Shown in pieces: positions 16,360-24,207 of a stretch of DNA of 30,849 bases. Source of the DNA: a virus (taxonomy: Duplodnaviria > Caudoviricetes). The DNA is taken from IMG/VR virus record IMGVR_UViG_3300030330_005305, positions 1 to 30,849 of that record; one strand, 5' to 3'. The notes below the pieces were generated by a model. That model ran no database searches. It saw nothing but the letters and a program-made list of their open reading frames with translations, and was not told the origin of the DNA. The translations under genes were made by a program, and so were the position numbers. Numbering within the stretch: position 1 is the stretch's first letter; every line of letters begins with the position of its first letter.

Positions 16360-17214
16360 TTATGACTTGAGAATTAGAGCAAGCAATTCTCGCTCGTTTA
16401 TTGTTAGAAATCCTTTCTTCTCCTCTTCTTCCTCTTCTTCGCTGTCTTCTTCCTTGTCTTCTTCTTTGTATCGGGCCTTCTCTTCTTCTTCGTCGTCCTT
16501 GCCGTATTTCATCTCTTCTTCGTCCTCTGGGTTCTTTTTCATTCTTTCAGGGTCATGTTCCTCGACTATCTCGAACTCAAATGAGGAGGATGCACCCTCA
16601 TGATCGTCGCTAGATCCTTCCATCAATACGGGGCCATCTTCATAATTCATCCAATGATATCCTTCTGGGGCATCAACTTTTATTGCTGCCCTGATCTCCT
16701 CTGAGATTATGGATCTTATCATTTCCCGAAGAGATATTTTTCTGTAGCTCATGGTTGTAGCCTCGCTATTGGCTGGAATAGTCACGATCGAAACCTCTAA
16801 CAATTCAGATTTATTAAAATAGTTTCCGCCGCGCTCAGTGTATGCCGGATGATCTTTGGGGAGCCTAGATCGCTCGACCGACTCAAGAGGATTGAAGCCA
16901 ACAGAGACAGCATTCAGGAATCCGTTCCGTGCTTTACGTTCGACGCGCTGGGCGAGTTCGTCATCTTTATCGAACTCAACATCGATCATCAATTGGCCAT
17001 CTTTTACTTTTACAGCACCACGCCCGATAGGAAGGCAGTTTGCATTATGATTAAGCAATACGACCGGATTACGCTCATAGGCCTCGATGTTCCAGCCCTC
17101 TTGATTGATTACGTCACCATAGCGATCTACGCTATCTGTGGAAGCCACAAAAGTGATCTTGTTCTTGCGTGGTCTTCCACTGGCTTTCTTTACAACTAGG
17201 CTCTTTCTGTACAT
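16360..17214 (-). CDS. HK97-family prohead protease with acidic C-terminal extension
   Basis: STDSVDRYGD, NPVVLLNH, AVSVGF and ELLEVSIVTIPAN motifs. Confidence 0.93.
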   Translation of the reverse strand: MYRKSLVVKKASGRPRKNKITFVASTDSVDRYGDVINQEGWNIEAYERNPVVLLNHNANCLPIGRGAVKVKDGQLMIDVEFDKDDELAQRVERKARNGFLNAVSVGFNPLESVERSRLPKDHPAYTERGGNYFNKSELLEVSIVTIPANSEATTMSYRKISLREMIRSIISEEIRAAIKVDAPEGYHWMNYEDGPVLMEGSSDDHEGASSSFEFEIVEEHDPERMKKNPEDEEEMKYGKDDEEEEKARYKEEDKEEDSEEEEEEEKKGFLTINERELLALILKS

Positions 17215-17262
17215 AATAGTCCTCTGTGGTCAATATAATATATATTTTTCATTGTCAATAGA

Positions 17263-17655
17263 TTATTTTCTTTCACGATATAATCTGTAACATTCTTCCT
17301 CGCCATCTATACTCATTCTGCAATCCTCTCGTATAATTTGCGTATTGGCTAGATTGCTGATTTGTTCGCACTCTTGGCCGCTGGTCTGTGCGTCAATGCC
17401 TCGCGTCATCATTCGGCAGAACATTTCCCGGCAAAGCAGGTCGCCTTTTGCCTCGATAAATTCCATCGAGCATGGCTCCTTGAGCAGATCGATATCAGTG
17501 AGTTGCATAATGATCTCTTGTTGCGTCTCGCTCGTTGTGTCTTTGATCTCTATAGCTGGCTCGTCTTCTTTTGTGATTTTATGAACGATCCAAGCGCCCG
17601 ACAGACCGCCAACAATGAGCGCAGAGAGCGCCGTGAGAATGTAATTTGTAATCAT
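17263..17655 (-). CDS. Membrane-anchored Cys-rich hypothetical protein (start probably MITNYIL)
   Basis: N-terminal TM helix (ILTALSALIVGGLSGAWIV) and six Cys in the C-terminal domain; extended -10 TGcTATGAT at 17683-17691. Confidence 0.7.
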   Translation of the reverse strand: MITNYILTALSALIVGGLSGAWIVHKITKEDEPAIEIKDTTSETQQEIIMQLTDIDLLKEPCSMEFIEAKGDLLCREMFCRMMTRGIDAQTSGQECEQISNLANTQIIREDCRMSIDGEEECYRLYRERK

Positions 17656-17716
17656 TTTATTGTCCGTGATTTGCATAGCTGAATCATAGCACAGAAAAAA
17701 TAAATTAAAAAATAGC

Positions 17717-17744
17717 TTGCATATCTATGCGCATTATATATACT
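17717..17744 (+). promoter_or_regulatory. Sigma70-like promoter TTGCAT-N16-TATACT containing TATGCGCATTATATA
   Basis: 15-mer identical to 10773-10787; followed by a stem-loop at about 17751-17777. Confidence 0.6.
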
Positions 17745-17828
17745 GTATATAAGTAAGAGATAAAAGATCTTTTACTTGATCTTTTACAACTCAATCAAAA
17801 TATAAATACTCAACAACGGAGAATAATA

Positions 17829-18020
17829 ATGAGTAAAACAATATCCAAGATTTGGCAATACCTCAACAACACTGAAAATCCTAACTATGACCGCTTGGCG
17901 CAGATCCAGCAATGGATCGCCCGTCAAACATCAAAAACCAACGATCAAGACGAGGCTCACGATCTTCTCGAACTTGACGAAGCAATAGATGAGATAATCT
18001 TATCTTTGGAAAAAAAATAA
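17829..18020 (+). CDS. Small hypothetical protein (stand-alone cassette)
   Basis: CAACAACGGAGAATAATAATG leader, with its own promoter and terminator. Confidence 0.8.
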   Translation: MSKTISKIWQYLNNTENPNYDRLAQIQQWIARQTSKTNDQDEAHDLLELDEAIDEIILSLEKK

Positions 18021-18029
18021 GTTACTCAA

Positions 18030-18067
18030 AAAACAAACAATGCGCGCCCTCTTCGGAGGGCTTTTTT
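18030..18067 (+). terminator. Intrinsic terminator; copy 1 of a 38-bp exact direct repeat
   Basis: AAAACAAACAATGCGCGCCCTCTTCGGAGGGCTTTTTT with a UUCG loop; identical to 21676-21713. Confidence 0.9.
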
Positions 18068-18073
18068 GTGTCG

Positions 18074-18102
18074 TCGACAATTTGGATCGAATAAGCTATG
18101 AT
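18074..18102 (+). promoter_or_regulatory. Candidate portal promoter TCGACA-N17-TATGAT
   Basis: Lies just downstream of the terminator and about 20 bp upstream of the portal ATG. Confidence 0.5.
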
Positions 18103-18123
18103 GAAAAAGAGCAGGAGTTTATC

Positions 18124-19800
18124 ATGAGCAATGCCATTGTCAAGCGGCCTAATTTTATTATACGTCTATATCGATCTACCATCATCAGAGCATATCAACG
18201 GCTCGTCAGTAATCCCAAAGAGCCAGAGCATGGCGCATCGTACGCGGCTCCCTATGGAGTGAGGCAACACTTTAGCGCTGAATCGTCTATGAGTGCATAT
18301 AGCGGTCATGCTTATACGCACGCTTGTGCTTCTCGTGCCTCTCAAGATCTGGCCGCCCTTCCTCTTCGAGTTGTACGTGGTCGAGGATCCAATGCAGAGC
18401 GCATCGAGGAACATCCATTTTATGATTTAATGGATCAACCGAATACAACGACTGACGGCTATCTATTTCGTGAGCAACTACTTATCGATCTCATGCTCAG
18501 TGGAAACTGTTACATATTGATTGTGGGGCCGTTAAATAATCCCTCTTCGCTGTTCCGATTGCATCCTGAAAATGTTGAGGTAATCACGAGCCAGAGTCAA
18601 GGGCTGACAGGTTACAAATATACTGACGGCGGCGTGTCTGTTCAGTACCCGATCGAGCGCGTTCTTCACTCTCGCAATGCAAGCTGGGCAAATGGTGCCA
18701 GTGGCGAATTGTACGGAACAGGAGCGATCGAGAGCCTTGCAAGAGAGATTAACGCCGATATTAACGCACAGAAGCTAGCAAGTGACACAAGCGCTCAAGG
18801 TCGTCCTGATATACTCCTATCACCCAAAGATGATGCAGATATATGGGGAAGAGAACGCCGTCGAGAGATACTAGACTCGTATCGGAATATGAGCGATCGG
18901 GGCGGTGCTATGGTGCTCAGTGGGCAAGTAGATGTTAAGCCGCTCAACCTATCGCCTCGAGAAATGGAGTTCAGGGCATCGCGCGAGATGGCCAGAGAGA
19001 ACATTTCAGCCGTGCTCGGTGTTCCGTCGACTGTGTTGGGATTGCCGGACGCAAATTATGCCACTGCTCGACAGGCAAATTTGACGTATTGGGACATCCA
19101 GAGCAAGCGCGGCCGCAAGATGGAACTGCTATTCACTCGTATTGTTAAAATGTTCGATGATCGTCTATACATTCATATAGATTACTCTGAGGTTGAGGCA
19201 TTCCAAGATCTTAGAAACAGCAGACTAGAGCGCATCGAGAAGCATATTTTAATCGGCGGCATATCTCCGTCAGAGGCTTATGCTTATGAAGGACTAGATG
19301 ACTCTCCGCTGAAGGGAGCTACTGAAAAAGTAGAAGTTGAGGACAAGGAAGAAGAGGAGCGCAATCTTGAGTCTGTCCATCGATTATTCGAGATCTTAGA
19401 GACAAGAACAGAGAAGGCCAAAGAAGACGAGCTAGCCAAGATCGGAAACAAAAGAGAGGCATTTAATGAGATGCCGGCCGCGTCGCAGAAAGGTGTCGAA
19501 AACAAAGCAAAGGAGCATAACGAGGAATATGGAGACGATCCGAAGCGCAAGACAACAAAATTCACACTGGCCGTTGTTTGGTGGCGTGGAATTGGCGCGT
19601 ACAAGAACAACCCGCAAAGCGTCCGCCCATCCGTGAAAAGCCCCGAGCAGTGGGCAATGGCGCGAGTTAATAGCTTCCTCTATGCGCTTCGCAATCAGAA
19701 ATATCGATCAGGGAAGCACGACACTGATCTGCTTCCTGCCGATCATGATATGAAGGAAAAAAAAACTTTCTTGCAAATATTGAGCTTAGGGGATCAGTAG
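18124..19800 (+). CDS. Portal protein (HK97 family) with extra C-terminal domain (start revised to MSNAIVK, 558 aa)
   Basis: AGGAG RBS; HP..DL..QPN, L.LSGNCY, L..LHP..V, LSPREMEF, I.AV.GVP...LG and ANYATA motifs. The ORF-track start lies in the terminator. Confidence 0.93.
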   Translation: MSNAIVKRPNFIIRLYRSTIIRAYQRLVSNPKEPEHGASYAAPYGVRQHFSAESSMSAYSGHAYTHACASRASQDLAALPLRVVRGRGSNAERIEEHPFYDLMDQPNTTTDGYLFREQLLIDLMLSGNCYILIVGPLNNPSSLFRLHPENVEVITSQSQGLTGYKYTDGGVSVQYPIERVLHSRNASWANGASGELYGTGAIESLAREINADINAQKLASDTSAQGRPDILLSPKDDADIWGRERRREILDSYRNMSDRGGAMVLSGQVDVKPLNLSPREMEFRASREMARENISAVLGVPSTVLGLPDANYATARQANLTYWDIQSKRGRKMELLFTRIVKMFDDRLYIHIDYSEVEAFQDLRNSRLERIEKHILIGGISPSEAYAYEGLDDSPLKGATEKVEVEDKEEEERNLESVHRLFEILETRTEKAKEDELAKIGNKREAFNEMPAASQKGVENKAKEHNEEYGDDPKRKTTKFTLAVVWWRGIGAYKNNPQSVRPSVKSPEQWAMARVNSFLYALRNQKYRSGKHDTDLLPADHDMKEKKTFLQILSLGDQ

Positions 19801-21011
19801 GAGATAAGGATCCTACGAACTTTCCGAACGATGGCGAAAACAAAGAAGTGGCACTTCGCAATAGTGAATACAAGCGCTTCCCGTGGAAAGAGGCGCAGGC
19901 TCTAAAAGAAGAGTGGCCTGAGATATGGAAGAAGGGCGGCAATATATTAGGCAATACGCAATACAACCGCCTCAAGCCGATCGCTTCGCGTCCTAGTAGT
20001 GTAGCGAGAACGAGAACAGAGGAAAAGGCCATTCGACTGCGTGAAGCATGGGCAGCTAGACACCTCAAGGACTTTAGGCTCGCGGGCGTTGTTGCTCAGA
20101 TAAAATGGCTTGTTGTTGGTAGTCGCGGCTTGTCTCATATGAGAGCAGTAATCAGCGAGGAGAAGCAGAGACTTAGGAACAAGAAGAGCTTCGAATTAAA
20201 GAGCGATGAGCAGCGCATGGCATATTGGAAAGGATGGATCGAGCGCAAAGTGGAGCCGATAGAACAGGGCTTTTATCGTGTCGCTATGCGATACCTACAA
20301 GGAGCAAAAGCAAGATACCTTCGACGGCTTGACGGCATTATATCAGCGGCGAAAAATGCCACTGTTGACGAGACACGGGCGGTCGATTGGGTTGCTTTAT
20401 TGGCAAAAGATACAGAAGCTAGGATCTTGAGAGACACGCTCGGTAAATATTGGTTCGACTCGTGGATATTGACAGGCAATGACACGATAGAGGATATATA
20501 TCAGTTGCTCGGAAAAGATCGCCCGCCTGATGTTAGATTCGGGGATCGACCCATCGCAGAGAGATCGATCGGTGCTCTCGTTCGACAGATCGATGAGACA
20601 ACGAGAAAGAACATCAAGAAGATCGTGAAGCAAGGGATCGATGAGGGTAAAAGTAACAGAGAGATAGCCCTAGATCTAGAGAGTGAGGCCGCTTTCAGGC
20701 CATCAAGAGCACGCCTGATAGCGCAGACAGAAGCTACAAGTAGCATCAACAGAGCAACAAATCAGGCCTATGTTAGAGTGCAAGAAGAAGAAGGAATTAA
20801 GATACTGAAACAATGGATAGCGAGTGGAGACGATAATGTTAGAGAGCTTCATAAAGTGCTCGGGAATGATGCAACGAAAGGAATCATTCCAGCGGATAGT
20901 GACTTTTCGATTTCTGGTTATGTAGGGCCCGCTCCAGCGGCTTTCAGTAATGCGCCTGAAATGAATATAAATTGCCGATGTACAATAGCACCGATCATAA
21001 TCGACGAATAA
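19764..21011 (+). CDS. Mu gpF/SPP1 gp7-like head morphogenesis protein with extra N-terminal domain, in the -1 frame relative to portal
   Basis: RARLIAQTE, KQWIA..D..VR..H and INCRC motifs; frame open from 19749; no convincing RBS before GTG 19848. Confidence 0.85.
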   Translation, partial: NFLANIELRGSVGDKDPTNFPNDGENKEVALRNSEYKRFPWKEAQALKEEWPEIWKKGGNILGNTQYNRLKPIASRPSSVARTRTEEKAIRLREAWAARHLKDFRLAGVVAQIKWLVVGSRGLSHMRAVISEEKQRLRNKKSFELKSDEQRMAYWKGWIERKVEPIEQGFYRVAMRYLQGAKARYLRRLDGIISAAKNATVDETRAVDWVALLAKDTEARILRDTLGKYWFDSWILTGNDTIEDIYQLLGKDRPPDVRFGDRPIAERSIGALVRQIDETTRKNIKKIVKQGIDEGKSNREIALDLESEAAFRPSRARLIAQTEATSSINRATNQAYVRVQEEEGIKILKQWIASGDDNVRELHKVLGNDATKGIIPADSDFSISGYVGPAPAAFSNAPEMNINCRCTIAPIIIDE

Positions 21012-21078
21012 ATCTACTCTCTATGATCGCGATAAATAGGGCGTTGTAGCGAAAGATAAAAATAAATTAAAATAATAC

Positions 21079-21110
21079 TTGTATTATGCGTATTATGATG
21101 ATAATATAAT
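21079..21110 (+). promoter_or_regulatory. Candidate promoter (TTGTAT...GATAAT/TATAAT) containing TATGCGTATTATGAT
   Basis: AT-rich region with a variant of the shared 15-mer, upstream of a two-gene cassette; hexamer spacing is not canonical. Confidence 0.5.
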
Positions 21111-21141
21111 AGAGTAACCAACAACAACGAGGATAAATAAA

Positions 21142-21366
21142 ATGACTAAGCAAGAAGCCAAGCAAAGACTCGCAAACAGGATCAACAAATACACGTCAAC
21201 AGAGATTAAGAAAATTATTCTTGATATGGTCAAGCCGATGCGAGAATATACAGAAGAAGAAAAGATCGTTAGAGCGTTTCTTTTTGATGCTTACGAAAAC
21301 AAGACAAGTGAGGATCAAGTTGATCAGCTTCTTGATTACGTAGAACCAATCGAATGGCCAGCATAA
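21142..21366 (+). CDS. Small hypothetical protein (cassette)
   Basis: CAACAACAACGAGGATAAATAAAATG leader. Confidence 0.8.
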   Translation: MTKQEAKQRLANRINKYTSTEIKKIILDMVKPMREYTEEEKIVRAFLFDAYENKTSEDQVDQLLDYVEPIEWPA

Positions 21367-21396
21367 ACAACAACACAACAAACAACGGAGTATAAA

Positions 21397-21672
21397 ATGA
21401 AAGTATTAATTGAAAAATACAGAGGCCAGTTCAAAGAGGCCTCCAACAAAGAAGAGGGCGCTCGTATATACGACAACCTTCTTCACGAGATTCAAGAGCT
21501 ATCTTGGATCGTTCGTCCAGATATACGCCCCAATCAATACGGGTGGCATCAGGAGTACAGAAAAGGAGAGCTTAATAAAGAGAAGTATTTCTCTTTATTG
21601 ACAGAAGCTAAAGAAGCCCTCAACATCGTCACCGAGGGCGGCCCATTTGATAGCTTCATATCGGCCCTATAA
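21397..21672 (+). CDS. Small hypothetical protein (cassette)
   Basis: AACAACGGAGTATAAAATG leader. Confidence 0.8.
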   Translation: MKVLIEKYRGQFKEASNKEEGARIYDNLLHEIQELSWIVRPDIRPNQYGWHQEYRKGELNKEKYFSLLTEAKEALNIVTEGGPFDSFISAL

Positions 21673-21675
21673 AAC

Positions 21676-21713
21676 AAAACAAACAATGCGCGCCCTCTTC
21701 GGAGGGCTTTTTT
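21676..21713 (+). terminator. Intrinsic terminator; copy 2 of the 38-bp direct repeat
   Basis: Identical to 18030-18067. Confidence 0.9.
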
Positions 21714-21765
21714 ATTGCTCATATCCTCACACTTATCCCTATCAGGACTACTAGCTACTTAAATG

Positions 21766-22026
21766 TTAGTAGTCTTTTTTTATATGCCTGCTCATGCTCA
21801 TATAAATCTTAGCTTCGTCTTCTTTTGTAAGTGATGACAATGCCTCTATCAGAAACACGCCATTTAAAAGCCGAGGATGGCTAGTTCCTTGTATCCAGTG
21901 AGTTACATGTCGTCTTCCTATACCCAATCGCTTTGCAAGCGTTGTAACGTCTATATTATGCGTATTACAATAGTATTTCAACCACTCGCCGAAAGTATTA
22001 TTTGTATTGATGTTAACTGATGGCAT
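21766..22026 (-). CDS. XRE/Cro-like helix-turn-helix regulator
   Basis: FGEWLK...TTLAKRLGIGRRHVTHWIQGTSHP pattern. Confidence 0.85.
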   Translation of the reverse strand: MPSVNINTNNTFGEWLKYYCNTHNIDVTTLAKRLGIGRRHVTHWIQGTSHPRLLNGVFLIEALSSLTKEDEAKIYMSMSRHIKKDY

Positions 22027-22035
22027 GTTTTTCTC

Positions 22036-23493
22036 TCACTGGTACAAAAGGAATCTCTTCAAGAAAGCTACTTCATATCTCAAAGAGTCTAAAGCGTGAT
22101 CATTCTTCTTGATCGGCTTATCTTTTCCGGCTCCCTCGCTCCAACGATAAAGACGGAACTCCTTGAGTAGATTACGACAATTACTATGCACAATCAAGTG
22201 CGGCTTCCCCTCTGCATCAAGTGCCAGCCGCTCTTTCACCCAGTTGATCGTTTCTACCACTCCGATATGCTTCGGTGCGTTCTTTGTCTCTATTCCGCAC
22301 TCCCTAGCCAGTGTCAAGCGCCCGTCTCTACTCTCAGGATCAGCTACCGTCCATCTAAATCGAGTATCTGGATCTCTATTGTTCAAGATCCGCCCGTTCT
22401 CGACTGTCGTTTTTTCTGTGGCGTAGTACTCATCATATACATGTAATACATCGTCACGCTCATCATGCGCAAAGTACAAGCAAGCAAAAGGATTCTTTAC
22501 TCCGAAATCGATAGATCGAGAGCGAGGCCATGAGGCGGGCGGATCGAACGACTCTACAACGTGTATATTTCTTGAGAATTCAGGATACACAACTCCTTGC
22601 TGATTTGTAAAATCACCGAACAGTCGAGATCTTTGGCTCTCATCGCTCATATGGGCAATTGCACGGCGTAGCTTTACGGAGGAGATCCAAGGATTATCCA
22701 GCCCTGATATCGCGTAGCTTGTGTAGCCTCGTTGCGGGTTCTCAAAGAACACCTCATGAGGCCATGTAATTCCCTTCAATGGGGTCATAGTTAGAACGAC
22801 AATGCCCTTATAGTCGATACATCTAAGCATACACTCATCAAATATATCTTGCGGGTGCTCCTCGTCCAAGATTACCAATGACACGGCGGCCCCTTGGAAC
22901 TTCTCGCGGCCGCTCTCAGCGCTCATCGATAAGATCTTGCCGCCGTTTGGAAAGATCGCACTAGCTCTGTCTTGTGCTCTCCAGCGGATAAACTTTGTTC
23001 CGGTGGGGCAATACTTCTCTAGCTTTGGACGTAGATAAGCTAGAGCATCGCCATAAGACAAAGCACTCACCCAAACCTCGCTCGGCTTCTTTGGTACTAG
23101 ATCGATAGGTAGATCGTTCAGTCTTAGCCACTCACGAACCCACCATTCTTGGGAGCCGGCCGCAAAAGCAACAGCGAGCATACATCCTGACTCCGATTTT
23201 CCCGATCTATTCCCGCCGCTGATCAGAGAGCTTTCTGTTCCTAGATTCAAAAGTGCTTCTCGTTGGCTTGTGCGGCGCTCTGTTATATCGCAATGGTTAC
23301 AGCGATACAGTCCGCTCTGTATCATTTGCATAGGTCTTCCACAACCTCTAGCACGCTCAGAGAGCGATCCTTTACCGTCCCACCGATGGCAATGAGGCTC
23401 CCATAGCCTAGCAACAGCGAGCGGAAACGAGCGAGCGATCTGCTCCAATCTTGAGCTTGCTTTCAGGTAGGCTAGTAGAAGATTCTTATCCAT
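22036..23493 (-). CDS. terL: Terminase large subunit
   Basis: Walker A GGNRSGKS, Walker B VILDEE, motif III TMTP, and nuclease motifs SIDFG and DHALDSLRY. Confidence 0.95.
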   Translation of the reverse strand: MDKNLLLAYLKASSRLEQIARSFPLAVARLWEPHCHRWDGKGSLSERARGCGRPMQMIQSGLYRCNHCDITERRTSQREALLNLGTESSLISGGNRSGKSESGCMLAVAFAAGSQEWWVREWLRLNDLPIDLVPKKPSEVWVSALSYGDALAYLRPKLEKYCPTGTKFIRWRAQDRASAIFPNGGKILSMSAESGREKFQGAAVSLVILDEEHPQDIFDECMLRCIDYKGIVVLTMTPLKGITWPHEVFFENPQRGYTSYAISGLDNPWISSVKLRRAIAHMSDESQRSRLFGDFTNQQGVVYPEFSRNIHVVESFDPPASWPRSRSIDFGVKNPFACLYFAHDERDDVLHVYDEYYATEKTTVENGRILNNRDPDTRFRWTVADPESRDGRLTLARECGIETKNAPKHIGVVETINWVKERLALDAEGKPHLIVHSNCRNLLKEFRLYRWSEGAGKDKPIKKNDHALDSLRYEVAFLKRFLLYQ

Positions 23494-23680
23494 AGATGAC
23501 GATCAATATAGCACAATATAGCCTTTCAAGAAAAGGAACTTTTCGGATAGACAGATCGTGCTTGCAAGCTCTCAGTCTGCATCTTTTCATATCGTGATCA
23601 GTTAGAAGCAATGTCTCATAGCCCATCGCAGTTCGTATCTTGATCGCGTGATATTCTTTGTATTTCTGAATCTCGTTCAT
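23486..23680 (-). CDS. Small hypothetical protein (start revised to MNEIQKY)
   Basis: ACAACGGAGCTAAAAATG leader. Confidence 0.65.
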   Translation of the reverse strand: MNEIQKYKEYHAIKIRTAMGYETLLLTDHDMKRCRLRACKHDLSIRKVPFLERLYCAILIVIYG

Positions 23681-23771
23681 TTTTAGCTCCGTTGTAGTAG
23701 ATTGCAAAACAAATAACCATAGCAATGATAATCATTTGTATGCTGATTAAAATATGATCGTCCGTCTCCAT
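23616..23771 (-). CDS. Small membrane protein (51 aa, METDDHILISIQMIIIAMVICFAIYY...; not in ORF track)
   Basis: GAGG RBS; ATG just after the TerS stop; one TM helix. Confidence 0.5.
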   Translation of the reverse strand: METDDHILISIQMIIIAMVICFAIYYNGAKNERDSEIQRISRDQDTNCDGL

Positions 23772-23772
23772 T

Positions 23773-24207
23773 TCATTCCTCATCAAGATCGATAACAGGC
23801 AAGGATATCGGCTTCAATCTCTCTTGTTGTATTCTCACTTCTTCCATTAAGGCCGGCACATCTAGACCGTCTTGATTTATCGTGATCTCGACGGGAGCCT
23901 TCTCTTCTTTTGTGTAGCCGTGTCTTCGTTCAAGTAAGAACATCGCCGCTCTAACATCGCCATCATTCATAGCTGTATGCAGACAAGACAGCGAGCGGAT
24001 CGCGCTCATAGCTTCCGCGCGTTGAAACTCTCCATAAAAATCCAAGAATTGTCCGCTTTTCGCCTCTCGCCCTCGTTTGAGCCACTCATAGAGGATAGAC
24101 TCCGAAATGCCGGCATATTTGCAAGCGATCGCCCTTGTGCATCCAAGTGATGTAGCTTCGAGGATCTTGCGCTTATATTTATCAGTGAATTTACTCTTGC
24201 GGCCCAT
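23773..24207 (-). CDS. terS: Terminase small subunit (start revised to MGRKSKFT)
   Basis: GR.SKF...AC.YAGIS....YEW HTH and AAMFLLERR motif; upstream of terL. Confidence 0.75.
   Translation of the reverse strand: MGRKSKFTDKYKRKILEATSLGCTRAIACKYAGISESILYEWLKRGREAKSGQFLDFYGEFQRAEAMSAIRSLSCLHTAMNDGDVRAAMFLLERRHGYTKEEKAPVEITINQDGLDVPALMEEVRIQQERLKPISLPVIDLDEE

Noticed and set aside
8039-16613. Numerous antisense ORFs (e.g. 8039-8560, 9752-10114, 11508-11867, 15832-16365, 16301-16603)
   Set aside because: They are shadows of recognisable structural genes on the opposite strand, with no RBS or motifs.
18040-18123. ORF-track start of the portal at 18040
   Set aside because: It lies within a terminator hairpin. 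ATG 18124 has an AGGAG RBS.
19798-19905. Stop-codon readthrough or an alternative genetic code linking portal to MuF
   Set aside because: Reading through the TAG stays in the wrong frame and meets a TAA about 35 codons later. Other genes are intact under the standard code and use all three stops.
15568-24133. GCGATCGC (HIP1) copies as a cyanobacterial host signal
   Set aside because: I noticed only about two copies, which general GATC/CGATCG richness can explain. No cyanophage marker genes are present.
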